NCBI GenBank assembly: GCA_003560665.1
Contig: PWKK01000023.1
Coordinates: forward strand, 186,040 to 250,039
DNA from: Candidatus Nealsonbacteria bacterium
GTDB lineage: Bacteria > Patescibacteriota > Minisyncoccia > Minisyncoccales > PWPS01
Length of the DNA: 64,000 nucleotides
Reading direction: 5' to 3'
The notes under the pieces are model-generated. The model saw nothing but the letters and a program-made list of their open reading frames with translations, did no database searches and had not been told where the DNA came from. The translations under genes were made by a program, and so were the position numbers. Positions 55,583 to 64,000 of this stretch are shown here, one piece after another. Every line of letters starts with the position of its first letter. Within the stretch, counting starts at the first letter, position 1.

Positions 55583-56209
55583 ATGAAGTTAGAAATACTT
55601 TTAGCTACAAACAACCAAGGTAAAGCAGCGCGTTACAGAAAACTTGCAAAAGAAATCGATGAAAGGATTTCTTTATACATGCCGAATGATTTGAATATGG
55701 TTCCCGAAGAGGTTAAAGAAGACGGCACACTGGAAGAAAATGCAAAAAAGAAAGCAGAAGCTTATTTGGGAAAAACAAAAATGCCCATACTTGCCAATGA
55801 TGCAGGTTTCGAGGTGGAAGGAATGGGTCTTGTTAAAAATCCGAAAAGAATTGCACTCGACAGAGATGAAAATAGTCTGACAAAAGAGAAGATATATGAT
55901 AAGGTTCTTCATTATTGGAAGAATGTTGCAAAAAGTTACGGGGGAGAGGTTGATGCGGCTTGGGTGGACGCCTTTTCACTAGTTTTGCCCGATGGAAGTT
56001 CTTATACTGTAGGAGCGAGAAGAGAAATTATTCTCACCGACAAGAATTTTGGAAAATCACATATCCAGTTCCCAATACGTGCGCTATACATATCAAAGGC
56101 AACCGATAAGCCGGCAGTGGATCATACAAACAAAGAAGAGCTGATTGAGATTCTCCCGATTAAAGAGGCTTTGGAAAATATTTTCAAGAAAGTGAAAAAT
56201 AGTATTTAA
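55583..56209 (+). CDS. divergent Ham1/RdgB-like non-canonical NTP pyrophosphatase
   Basis: LLATNNQGKA, EDGTLEENAKKKA, ANDAGFEV resemble Ham1 motifs. Confidence 0.5.
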   Translation: MKLEILLATNNQGKAARYRKLAKEIDERISLYMPNDLNMVPEEVKEDGTLEENAKKKAEAYLGKTKMPILANDAGFEVEGMGLVKNPKRIALDRDENSLTKEKIYDKVLHYWKNVAKSYGGEVDAAWVDAFSLVLPDGSSYTVGARREIILTDKNFGKSHIQFPIRALYISKATDKPAVDHTNKEELIEILPIKEALENIFKKVKNSI

Positions 56210-56235
56210 AAAAAAGCATTGTTATAAAAAGCAAA

Positions 56236-56763
56236 ATGATTGTTTTGATCTCCGGAGGATCCGGTTCAGGTAAGTCCACGTTGGCTAAAAAATTTATCGG
56301 GACAGTGGTTTCCACTGATGATTTTTATATCGGTAAAAGCGAGATGATTCCCGATAAGAATGGCGAGTATAATTTTGATCACCCCAGCTCGGCTGACCTT
56401 AAGAGTTGCTCTGAGGCAGTAAAAGCACTAAATAAGGGAAAGATGGTAGAAGTTCCCGATTACGATATGAGTACCTCAGCGCGTGTAGGAGTCAAGGAAA
56501 TTGCCCCTTCCGAATCGGGAATAGTTGTGGTTGAAGGAATTTTTGCACTTCACAGTCCTCTTCGGGAGATTGGAGATTTGTTAGTTTTCATCGACACACC
56601 GATGGACTTGAGAGTGGCGAGGAGAATTAAGCGTGACTTGGGGCGGGGTCGTTTGGAGATAGAGTCGCTTAAACGTGCCATTCAAGTTGAAGAAGAATAT
56701 AAGAAGAACATTGAACCGATGCGCAAGTATGCAAATGTTATTCTGGGTCATGAAAAGTGGTAA
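56236..56763 (+). CDS. udk: uridine kinase family protein
   Basis: ISGGSGSGKSTLAKKF, TDDFY, NFDHPSSADL, VPDYDMSTSAR, VVVEGIFAL, RRIKRDLGRGR. Confidence 0.75.
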   Translation: MIVLISGGSGSGKSTLAKKFIGTVVSTDDFYIGKSEMIPDKNGEYNFDHPSSADLKSCSEAVKALNKGKMVEVPDYDMSTSARVGVKEIAPSESGIVVVEGIFALHSPLREIGDLLVFIDTPMDLRVARRIKRDLGRGRLEIESLKRAIQVEEEYKKNIEPMRKYANVILGHEKW

Positions 56764-56813
56764 GATTTACTGCCTACCCTTAGCTTTGTATTTAAGAATA
56801 TAGAAAAATTAAA

Positions 56814-57209
56814 ATGCGGGGAAAAATAATTATTACTACAAAAGAAAGATACGAGCTCACGGATATAACCTCGGAGGTGGAAGAGATTGTTAAAAATAAT
56901 AATTTGGAAAACGGAATCATTACGGTTTTTGTGCCTCATTCTACAGCCGCTATTCTTTTAACCGAAAACGAAGAAGGATTAAAAAAAGATTGGATTGATT
57001 TTTTTAAAAATCTAGTTGCCGGAAAAAATTTTTTGCACGATAGAATAGATAACAACGCCGATTCACATCTTCTTTCCGGGCTTTTAGGGCAGGGAAAGGT
57101 TTTGCCCGTAAAGAATAAGAAGATTGTTCGGGGAACGTGGCAGAACATTTTTCTGGCGGAGTTTGACGGACCTCGTGAGAGAAGTGTGGAAGTAGTCGTT
57201 ATCTCTTGA
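56814..57209 (+). CDS. YjbQ/UPF0047 secondary thiamine-phosphate synthase family
   Basis: VFVPHSTAAILLTENEEG, DNNADSHL, GTWQNIFLAEFDGPRER. Confidence 0.8.
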   Translation: MRGKIIITTKERYELTDITSEVEEIVKNNNLENGIITVFVPHSTAAILLTENEEGLKKDWIDFFKNLVAGKNFLHDRIDNNADSHLLSGLLGQGKVLPVKNKKIVRGTWQNIFLAEFDGPRERSVEVVVIS

Positions 57210-57243
57210 TGGAGTTCTTTCTGTTTGCTACAATGAAAAAGTC

Positions 57244-57966
57244 ATGGCAAGCGGTAAAGGAAAAAGAAATATTTGGTTTTTAATGGGAACTTCTTTCTTA
57301 CTGTTTCTTGTTTTATTTATAATTTTTTGGTCTATGAGTGAAATTGAAACAAAAAAAGAGAAAATAAACGGCGAGGAGACGTCTCTTCTAAAGGAGGAAG
57401 GGGAAACCTCACTAAAAGAAGTCTTAGAAGAGAGAAGAAGTGTGAGAGAGTACAAAGCTGAAGCAATCTCCTTGAGAGAAGTTTCAGCGGTAGTATGGGC
57501 TGCGCAAGGGATTACCGAAAAGGAAAGGGGATTTAGAGTTGCTCCCTCTGCGGGCGCTACTTATCCCTTGGAAGTATATTTGGTTGCCGGCGATGTGGAA
57601 GACTTGGACTCGGGAGTTTACCGTTTTCTTCCGGAGAGAGAAACCATTAAAAAAGTTTTGGAGGGTGAAAAGCGAGATGAGTTGTCTCAAGCTGCTCTGG
57701 GACAAAGATCGATTAAAGAAGCTCCAGCAAGCATTGTAATTACTGCTGTTTATGAAAGAACTACCACGCGTTACGGAGAAAGAGGAGTGAGGTACGTGCA
57801 CATGGAAGCGGGGCACGTGGGCCAGAATATATATCTTCAGTGTGAGTCTTTGGGGCTTGGTACCGTTGCGATTGGAGCTTTCGACGATAAAGATGTGCAA
57901 AAAGTTCTCCATCTTCCTTCAGAGGAGGTGCCCCTTTACATCTTTCCCTTGGGTAAAAAACCTTAA
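57244..57966 (+). CDS. SagB/ThcOx-type nitroreductase-family dehydrogenase with an N-terminal TM anchor
   Basis: RRSVREY, PSAGATYPLEVY, RYVHMEAGHVGQNIYL, GAFDD. Confidence 0.75.
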   Translation: MASGKGKRNIWFLMGTSFLLFLVLFIIFWSMSEIETKKEKINGEETSLLKEEGETSLKEVLEERRSVREYKAEAISLREVSAVVWAAQGITEKERGFRVAPSAGATYPLEVYLVAGDVEDLDSGVYRFLPERETIKKVLEGEKRDELSQAALGQRSIKEAPASIVITAVYERTTTRYGERGVRYVHMEAGHVGQNIYLQCESLGLGTVAIGAFDDKDVQKVLHLPSEEVPLYIFPLGKKP

Positions 57967-57970
57967 AACA

Positions 57971-58729
57971 ATGGAAAATTTTATCGAAGTAATAACTAAA
58001 AATGCCGGGGAACTGATTCTGAGCCGTTTTAAGGAGAAGAAAGATCTTCTTTCGCTGAGAAAAGGAAGTAAAGAAGTTGTAACAAAGTGTGACAAGGATG
58101 TAGATCAACTTTTAATAAAAAGCATCTCTAACGAATATCCCGATCACGGAATCTTAACGGAAGAGTCGGGATTCAACGATAAAGAGTCGGACTATCTGTG
58201 GATTGTTGACTCCTTGGACGGAAGTGGTAATTTTGCAAGTGGAAACCCTTTGTTTTCGGTGTGTGTAGCTCTTTCTTATAAAGAAGAGTTGTTCTTGGCA
58301 ACGACGTATGCGCCGTTCATCGGTGAATTTTATTTTGCCAAAAAGGGAAAAGGAGCCTTTCTAAATGGTGAAAAAATAAGTGTCTCCGATGTCAAAGAAA
58401 CAAGGGGGTCTTATATCGCTTTTTGCGATGGACACGAAAAAGACCGGGAAAAACTTTCCGAAAGACTTTCAGTGGTATTTAAAAATGCTATTGACTTACG
58501 AAAAATAGGCTCTGCTGGGGTGGAAACGGGATGGCTTGCATCGGGAAGAATAGATGGATTTTTGATGTTTGAAGGAGACCCTTGGGATCTAGCATCGGGC
58601 GTGTTGATAGCAAAGGAGGCAGGAGGAACAGTTACCGACTTTAGAGGTAACCCTTGGACCTGTAACCGAGGGAGCTTTGTCTTTTCAAACGGAAAAATTC
58701 ATCAGGAACTTTTAAAAATGGTTTCTTAA
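57971..58729 (+). CDS. inositol monophosphatase family protein
   Basis: LTEESG, WIVDSLDGSGNF, GSAGVE, WDLASG motifs. ATG 57971. Confidence 0.82.
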   Translation: MENFIEVITKNAGELILSRFKEKKDLLSLRKGSKEVVTKCDKDVDQLLIKSISNEYPDHGILTEESGFNDKESDYLWIVDSLDGSGNFASGNPLFSVCVALSYKEELFLATTYAPFIGEFYFAKKGKGAFLNGEKISVSDVKETRGSYIAFCDGHEKDREKLSERLSVVFKNAIDLRKIGSAGVETGWLASGRIDGFLMFEGDPWDLASGVLIAKEAGGTVTDFRGNPWTCNRGSFVFSNGKIHQELLKMVS

Positions 58730-58784
58730 GAAGATATTTCTTGTTTGTGTTTTTATAGCAATATAGGTAATTAATTTTAAAAAG

Positions 58785-58982
58785 ATGGAAGAAGAAATTT
58801 TAAGGAAGATAAAAGAGCAAGAAGAAAAAATAGATAAGATATATGAAGCTGTTGAAAAAACAAGAAAGTTTTTTCTTTATACGTTAATTGTAACACTCGT
58901 GATAGTGTTACTTCCGATTATCGGAATGGTGTTCATTGTTCCCAGAATACTCAGTATCTACATGGATATTTATAGTTTTTAA
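58785..58982 (+). CDS. small membrane protein (65 aa)
   Basis: Charged N-terminus followed by one TM segment. Confidence 0.45.
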   Translation: MEEEILRKIKEQEEKIDKIYEAVEKTRKFFLYTLIVTLVIVLLPIIGMVFIVPRILSIYMDIYSF

Positions 58983-59005
58983 AAATATAATTCTGATTTT
59001 AAAAA

Positions 59006-59326
59006 ATGATTAATTTTGAAGATTTTAAAAAATTGGACCTTAGAATAGGTAAAATTGTCAAAGCCGAAGCGGTAGAGAAGTCCGACAAACTGCTTAAACT
59101 GAAGATTGATATAGGCGAGGAAGAAAAACAGATTTTAAGCGGGATTGCCGAATTTTATAACCCGGAAGAATTGGTCAACAAGCAGGTTGTTGTAGTGGCA
59201 AATCTAGAGTCAAGGAGTATGATGGGATTTGAGAGTCAAGGAATGGTTCTTGCTGCAGGCGATGAAGAGAAACCGGTTCTATTGATACCGGAGAAAGAAG
59301 TTAACTCGGGATCACAGATTACTTAA
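59006..59326 (+). CDS. tRNA-binding domain protein (CsaA/EMAP-II-like)
   Basis: FKKLDLRIGKIVKAE..KLLKLKIDIGEE..QILSGIA..VVVVANLESRSMMGFESQGMVLAA. Confidence 0.85.
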   Translation: MINFEDFKKLDLRIGKIVKAEAVEKSDKLLKLKIDIGEEEKQILSGIAEFYNPEELVNKQVVVVANLESRSMMGFESQGMVLAAGDEEKPVLLIPEKEVNSGSQIT

Positions 59327-59375
59327 AAAGAAACAACTTTTAGCTGTTTCTTTTTTGTTGGCTTGAATATTTTTT

Positions 59376-60143
59376 TTATAACTTTTCTCCGTAGACTTCA
59401 GCGGGCAAACTTCCTTTATAGTAAAGCTTTCCGTCCTTAACATGCAGCTCTTCAATATGGAAACCGTTTTCCGGAGAAATGATTGCATTTACCACCCGTA
59501 ATGTTTCTACCTCTACCTTTTCTATTGCTTCTTGCGGAAGAGGGGCTCTGCCGACCCTCAAACTCTCAATTTTTATTTTTACGGCGTTCTCTGAATCACG
59601 ATATAGTTCTCCTGTCGCATAAACAGGAGCTTTGTTTACAATGTTTGAGATGTATCCGACAATTAATTCAGTAATGGAAGCATCGGAGGGGGCGTTATCG
59701 ATATAGTCTTGAACGTCTGCGGCGTGTACGGTAAATCTATCATATTTTCCGATCAACCCCTGTCCTTTTAAGAAATCAACAAAGTTTTCTGAAAGCAGAA
59801 AACTTACTTCTCCTGTATCACTTTCTCCAAAAGAAACATTGATATTGCTAATTGGCCCGTTTACATTCGTAGTTGATATTAGCGCGCTCATTTCCTCACT
59901 GGTAAAGTAATCTTCTATTTCATTGCTGCCGGAGATGGAAAAATTGTTTTCTGTGAGTGTGACTATATTAATCTCTTCTAAATCTTCGATAAAAACTTTT
60001 GATTTCTCTAATCCCGAAGAAAGATCTTCTTCTGTCCAGGACACATCAACTTGTTTTCCCGTGCTCAACACAAAATAAATTCCCCCAAAAAACAACACGA
60101 CTAAAAAAACAACGACAAGGATTAAGTTAAGTAGAAGTTTCAT
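59376..60143 (-). CDS. hypothetical membrane-anchored protein
   Basis: 255-aa ORF with an N-terminal TM segment. Confidence 0.55.
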   Translation of the reverse strand: MKLLLNLILVVVFLVVLFFGGIYFVLSTGKQVDVSWTEEDLSSGLEKSKVFIEDLEEINIVTLTENNFSISGSNEIEDYFTSEEMSALISTTNVNGPISNINVSFGESDTGEVSFLLSENFVDFLKGQGLIGKYDRFTVHAADVQDYIDNAPSDASITELIVGYISNIVNKAPVYATGELYRDSENAVKIKIESLRVGRAPLPQEAIEKVEVETLRVVNAIISPENGFHIEELHVKDGKLYYKGSLPAEVYGEKL

Positions 60144-60274
60144 ATTGTTTGCTTTATAAATTAGTAGCTTAACACCTTGAATTATACATTATTTTACAGA
60201 TTAAACCAGTATTTATTAAGCTGTGTTTTTGTTGTAGAATGAAAGTGTGACTGTTAGGATAATAAAAGAAAAAA

Positions 60275-60991
60275 ATGGATAATGAATATTTTTCAAAAGA
60301 CGAGGAGCTTGAAGAAGAAAGTGGTTCTTTTTTTAAATTAAGCTTTGTGAGAATAAGCTTAGCATTAATGCTTATTGTTTCTTTAATTTATATTTCCGGA
60401 CCGCGAGAATATTTATTTTTCCAGAAAACTCCTCTTTATACAACCTTTACTTCTTTGAAAACTCCGGTGGAAAAGGAAGAGGTTTCTATCCCGGTTTCGG
60501 TTTTTATTTTAAGAGAGGGGAGTTTCAAGTCTTCTAGGACAGATGAAGAAATAAATCACGTTTTGGAGAATGGTTTTCGAGTTTTTCGTTTGGCAAATAT
60601 CACCTTTGAAAAGAAAAATATTTTCGACTTATATGTAAATAGTGAAAACTTTTTATCCAACCACTCTCAGTTTTTAAAGCAAATAGATGATGACAAAAAG
60701 CAGAAAATTAATATATTTTTAACGGGACACTTGGACGGAAAGAACGGAGTTGCTTTTACAGGTCTTAATTCTTTGGCCGTCGCAGATTATATTACTTCTC
60801 GTGATTATCGTGTTTTGGCACATGAAATCGGGCACATTTTGGGTCTTGGGCACAGTAATCACCCTTCTTCTGTTATGTATCAGGGTTCTTACGGGACAAA
60901 GCTTTCTGTAACGGAGATAGCGACAGTCAGAAAAAATGCGAAGGAACTGAAAGGATTAAACCTAGAGAAAATTAATCTCGATGACAAATAA
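60275..60991 (+). CDS. membrane-anchored metzincin zinc metalloprotease
   Basis: HEIGHILGLGH (HExxHxxGxxH) followed by SVMY (Met-turn). Confidence 0.75.
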   Translation: MDNEYFSKDEELEEESGSFFKLSFVRISLALMLIVSLIYISGPREYLFFQKTPLYTTFTSLKTPVEKEEVSIPVSVFILREGSFKSSRTDEEINHVLENGFRVFRLANITFEKKNIFDLYVNSENFLSNHSQFLKQIDDDKKQKINIFLTGHLDGKNGVAFTGLNSLAVADYITSRDYRVLAHEIGHILGLGHSNHPSSVMYQGSYGTKLSVTEIATVRKNAKELKGLNLEKINLDDK

Positions 60992-61244
60992 AAAGCAGAT
61001 TAAAAAAATAAAAATAAAGTGTATGAGTTGGGCAGAAAAAAGAATAAAACAATATCGGGAAGGGCAAAAAGCCACTCGCTTGGAAAAGTTGGCTCTTGAA
61101 CACGGACACCCGGTAAATTGTGCGGCTAGCGTTATTGCGACTATCTTTTTGGGATACGGGTTGTGGTTTCATGATTTTACATGGATAGCATTCGGCATTA
61201 TTGTCGGCCTTTTTGGACACATTTATTGTTCGTTGAAAAAGTAA
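60981..61244 (+). CDS. small membrane protein (87 aa)
   Basis: ORF with two TM segments near the C-terminus. Confidence 0.45.
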   Translation: MTNKKQIKKIKIKCMSWAEKRIKQYREGQKATRLEKLALEHGHPVNCAASVIATIFLGYGLWFHDFTWIAFGIIVGLFGHIYCSLKK

Positions 61245-61280
61245 TTTTTAATCTTTTTATTTTTTTATATAATAAAATCA

Positions 61281-62078
61281 ATGAAAAAAATAACATTAGT
61301 TTTAGGATCGGGAGGTACAAGAGGATTTGCTCACCTGGGAGTTTTGAAAACATTAGAGGAAAATGGAATTATTCCTGAACGTATTTTCGGATCGAGCGTA
61401 GGGGCACTTGTCGGAGGATTTTTTTGCAAATTCGGAAACTACAAAAAAGCGGAAGAAATTTCCCTTAACTTTAATTGGAAAGAGTTTTCTTCTCTTTTAG
61501 GATTGAATGTAAAAAAGGGGCTACTTGGCGGAGAGAAATTAAGAAAACAACTGGATCTTATTTTCGAGAGAGCTGACTTTGAGGATCTTGAAATACCTCT
61601 AGAGACAGTAGCAACTGACTACTTTACCGCTCAACCGGTTTATTTTAACAAAGGCAGCTTAGCAGAAGGGGTTCATGCGAGCATAGCTTTCCCGATGATT
61701 ATTGAACCATTAAAAAAAGATGGAAAGATTTTTTGGGATGGTGGATTGTCTGACCCTTTGCCGGTAGAAAGAGCAAAAGAAAATTCCGAAATAGTTTTGG
61801 CTGTTAATCTTGACAGATATCCTCACCCTCTTAGAGGCAAAAGAAAGATTGGCGCTAGACGAAACGTGGGAATGGCGATCAGATCTCTTCAGCATCACTT
61901 GGCCAACTACCGCGGGAAAGGAGCAGATGTTTTACTAGAACCGGAGCTGGAAAAAGAAGATGGGTTTCTGGATATATCCAGTTTTTTAAAAGAAAAAAAG
62001 GGAAGGCGTATTATTGACAGGGGAAGCGAGATAACTCAGAAGAACATAGGGCTGATAAAAGAGAAGATTAGAGAATAG
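61281..62078 (+). CDS. patatin-like phospholipase
   Basis: GSGGTRG oxyanion motif, GSSVG (GxSxG), WDGGLSD (DGG). Confidence 0.85.
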   Translation: MKKITLVLGSGGTRGFAHLGVLKTLEENGIIPERIFGSSVGALVGGFFCKFGNYKKAEEISLNFNWKEFSSLLGLNVKKGLLGGEKLRKQLDLIFERADFEDLEIPLETVATDYFTAQPVYFNKGSLAEGVHASIAFPMIIEPLKKDGKIFWDGGLSDPLPVERAKENSEIVLAVNLDRYPHPLRGKRKIGARRNVGMAIRSLQHHLANYRGKGADVLLEPELEKEDGFLDISSFLKEKKGRRIIDRGSEITQKNIGLIKEKIRE

Positions 62079-62247
62079 AGAGACTTTAAAAATAGGAACA
62101 GCGGCTACTATTAAAAAAAAGGGAAGAAGTTCTCTGCTATTGAGAAAGATGCCAAGCAATCTATAACTCAAGTTGTCTGTGAAACGTAGCTGTTTAAATA
62201 AAGTTCGCTTTGTGTTATAATACTGATACTAAAGAGGAGGGATTGAA

Positions 62248-62595
62248 GTGAGTTCATTTATTTCTTATTTCCTGATTTTTATGCTTCTTTTCCTTATTGT
62301 ACGTCGCTTTCTTTATTATCAGAAAAGAATTGAGATAAGCATTAAGAAAAAGGACTACGCCAGTGCACTTTTCTACGCAAAAATGATTGGAAATTGGTGG
62401 CTAATGAGCTATCTTAAAGAAAAAATTGAAAAAGATTTTACGAAACTCCGTTCTCAACAAGCAGTCAATTGCATAGAAGCACTAATTAGTGTAGGGGAAG
62501 AAAAAAGAGCAAGAAAACTACTATTTATTGAAGCAAGGAAAAGAAAAGATTGCGAAGTGTTATTAAATTGGTTTTGGAAGGAGGTTCAGGAATAA
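62248..62595 (+). CDS. hypothetical protein with an N-terminal TM segment
   Basis: GTG start 7 nt after AGAGGAGGG. TGtTATAAT promoter upstream. Confidence 0.5.
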   Translation: MSSFISYFLIFMLLFLIVRRFLYYQKRIEISIKKKDYASALFYAKMIGNWWLMSYLKEKIEKDFTKLRSQQAVNCIEALISVGEEKRARKLLFIEARKRKDCEVLLNWFWKEVQE

Positions 62596-62737
62596 AACAG
62601 AAAAAAGGAGAGACGGAAAAAAACCATCTATAAATGGCTATCCCTTCTCTCCTTTTTAATTAACAAGTGGTTGAAAATTAAGTTAAAATAAGTTATAGTA
62701 GCGCCCAGGTCAATTATTAATCTTAAAAAATAAAAAA

Positions 62738-63505
62738 ATGAAAAAAACAATCAAAAGTCCCTTATTTTGGGTTCTTATCATATTTCTAGTTCTTTCCGGA
62801 ATTTATCTTTTTAATCTTGACGAAGAAGAGTTTTTTGCTAATGAAGATGTTGTTGTAGAGGTAAATGGCGTGGAGTTTAGCTTTGATGATTTTAATAGAG
62901 TTTTAAGTCAGGTTCAGCAGCAGTATATGATGCAAGGAATGGAGTTGTCGGAAGAAGAGTTAAGAGAAATTGCGGTAGAAAGTTTAGTGCAACAAGCACT
63001 TTTAATGGAGCTTGCCGATGAAAAAAACATTGATGTCTCTCAAGAAGAGCTGGAAGATTATTTTCAGGAAATAATGACAATGTACGGAATGGATAATGAA
63101 GAAGAGCTTTTAGGACAGCTTAAAGAAGAAGGGCTTGATACTCGTGCAGAAGTTGATGAGGTTTTAACATCGGAAATAAGAGTAGACAAGCTTGTTGAGC
63201 TTTTTGCAGAAGATGTTGATGTTACCCAAGAAGAGGTAGAGGAAGCTTATAACCTTTTTGCACAACAAGTTGAAGAATTTGAGGGAGCCGAACAAGTGCC
63301 TTCTTTTGAGGAAGTGGAAGAAGAAATAAAAGAGAGCTTGATTCAAGAAAAAGTAGTACCGGTTATTCTTACCAAGCTGGAAGAAATGGAAGAGAGTGCA
63401 GAGATAAAAACTTATTTTGAAGAAGTGAGTGTGGAAGAAGCTCCTTCTGACGTTGAGATGCTTGACCCTGAAGAGCTAGAAATAGAAATGGAAGAATTGG
63501 AATAA
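62738..63505 (+). CDS. acidic SurA-N-terminal-like chaperone domain protein (no PPIase domain)
   Basis: N-terminal TM or signal segment, then V.VNG..I....F......Q pattern and a long Glu-rich helical region. Confidence 0.4.
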   Translation: MKKTIKSPLFWVLIIFLVLSGIYLFNLDEEEFFANEDVVVEVNGVEFSFDDFNRVLSQVQQQYMMQGMELSEEELREIAVESLVQQALLMELADEKNIDVSQEELEDYFQEIMTMYGMDNEEELLGQLKEEGLDTRAEVDEVLTSEIRVDKLVELFAEDVDVTQEEVEEAYNLFAQQVEEFEGAEQVPSFEEVEEEIKESLIQEKVVPVILTKLEEMEESAEIKTYFEEVSVEEAPSDVEMLDPEELEIEMEELE

Positions 63506-63625
63506 AAAAAGAAAATTAGAAAAATAAACCTTGCGGGGTCAGATTCCGCAAGGTTTTGTTTTTGAAGTAACTTAATGTGTGCTAGACTATAGTAGTAATT
63601 TTTTATTAAAACCTATGAAATAAAA

Positions 63626-64000
63626 ATGCTTATGGATGAAGTTTATAAAACATTAGAAGACCTTAAAATAACATATAACCGTTACAATCATTCCGCCGTT
63701 TATACGGTAAAAGAGGCAGAAAAGGAGATTAAAAGCATTGAGGGAGCACATACGAAGAATTTGTTTCTAAGAGACGAGAAAGGAAAAAGACACTATTTGG
63801 TCATTTTACCCGCAGAACAGGATGCAGACCTTAAGTCTCTTGCTTTTAAATTAAATGAAAAAAAGTTGAGTTTTGCTTCTCCGGAGAGGCTTAGAAAGTA
63901 TCTCGGTCTGGATCCCGGTTCTGTTTCTCCTTTTGGATTGATAAACGATAATAATTGTCAAGTCAGTGTTGTTATCGAAAAAGAGCTTAAAAAAGCGGAA
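63626..64000 (+). CDS. YbaK/ProX-type aminoacyl-tRNA deacylase (3' end off-window)
   Basis: HSAVYTVKEAE..GAHTKNLFLRDEKGKRHYLVIL..LGLDPGSVSPFGLIND. Confidence 0.75.
   Translation, partial: MLMDEVYKTLEDLKITYNRYNHSAVYTVKEAEKEIKSIEGAHTKNLFLRDEKGKRHYLVILPAEQDADLKSLAFKLNEKKLSFASPERLRKYLGLDPGSVSPFGLINDNNCQVSVVIEKELKKAE

Noticed and set aside
1-64000. Global stop-codon reassignment (TAA as a sense codon, or TGA as Gly as in Gracilibacteria/SR1)
   Set aside because: TAA, TAG and TGA each terminate well-aligned genes at the expected C-termini (for example TAA for gatB, rnc and trmD; TAG for rpmF, nusB and glyQS; TGA for the ATPase). Long ORFs are obtained with code 11. Only two local TAA anomalies remain.

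Overview
Low-GC, gene-dense bacterial chromosome segment. About 80 genes, mostly translation, replication and cell-envelope housekeeping. Streamlined enzymes, ribosomal proteins with charged extensions and many genes without a Shine-Dalgarno (SD) sequence suggest a Patescibacteria/CPR-like genome; this is inference only. Standard code 11 gives long ORFs, and TAA, TAG and TGA all terminate genes.

Layout:
- Left end: gatB, then a minus-strand block dnaE-thrS-hyp-miaB-miaA.
- Plus-strand block: rnhB, rpmF, nusB, rnc, rpsP, KH protein, trmD, a P-type ATPase, and a T-box leader in front of glyQS.
- 18.1-22 kb accessory locus: small membrane ORFs, a LuxI-like acyltransferase and a polytopic histidine kinase.
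- valS, then tRNA-Tyr / tRNA-Thr / rpmG / tRNA-Trp.
- Mixed genes: rel, cdaA fusion, def, pcm, mltG, rplJ-rplL, hsp20.
- A membrane-anchored Clp-like ATPase.
- 41.7-47.4 kb accessory stretch: small, membrane and Cys-rich proteins, a purine permease and a candidate small RNA.
- guaB, then assorted metabolic genes to the right edge, ending in a partial ybaK-like gene.

No CRISPR array, rRNA, transposase, integrase or phage genes were seen.

Most notable observations:
1. A LuxI-like N-acyltransferase translationally coupled to a 48-aa ORF, next to an orphan multi-TM histidine kinase. Two nearly identical promoter/leader cassettes drive this locus.
2. Two conserved genes (gatB and the Clp-like ATPase) are each interrupted by one in-frame TAA at a position where homologues have Glu.
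3. A self-contained promoter, structured RNA and terminator unit lies upstream of guaB.
4. A compact glycine T-box.
5. A subset of genes has perfect AAAGGAGG ribosome-binding sites and shared leader modules, while housekeeping genes have none.

Promoters read as TTGACA-like -35 plus extended -10 (TGnTAnAAT) throughout.
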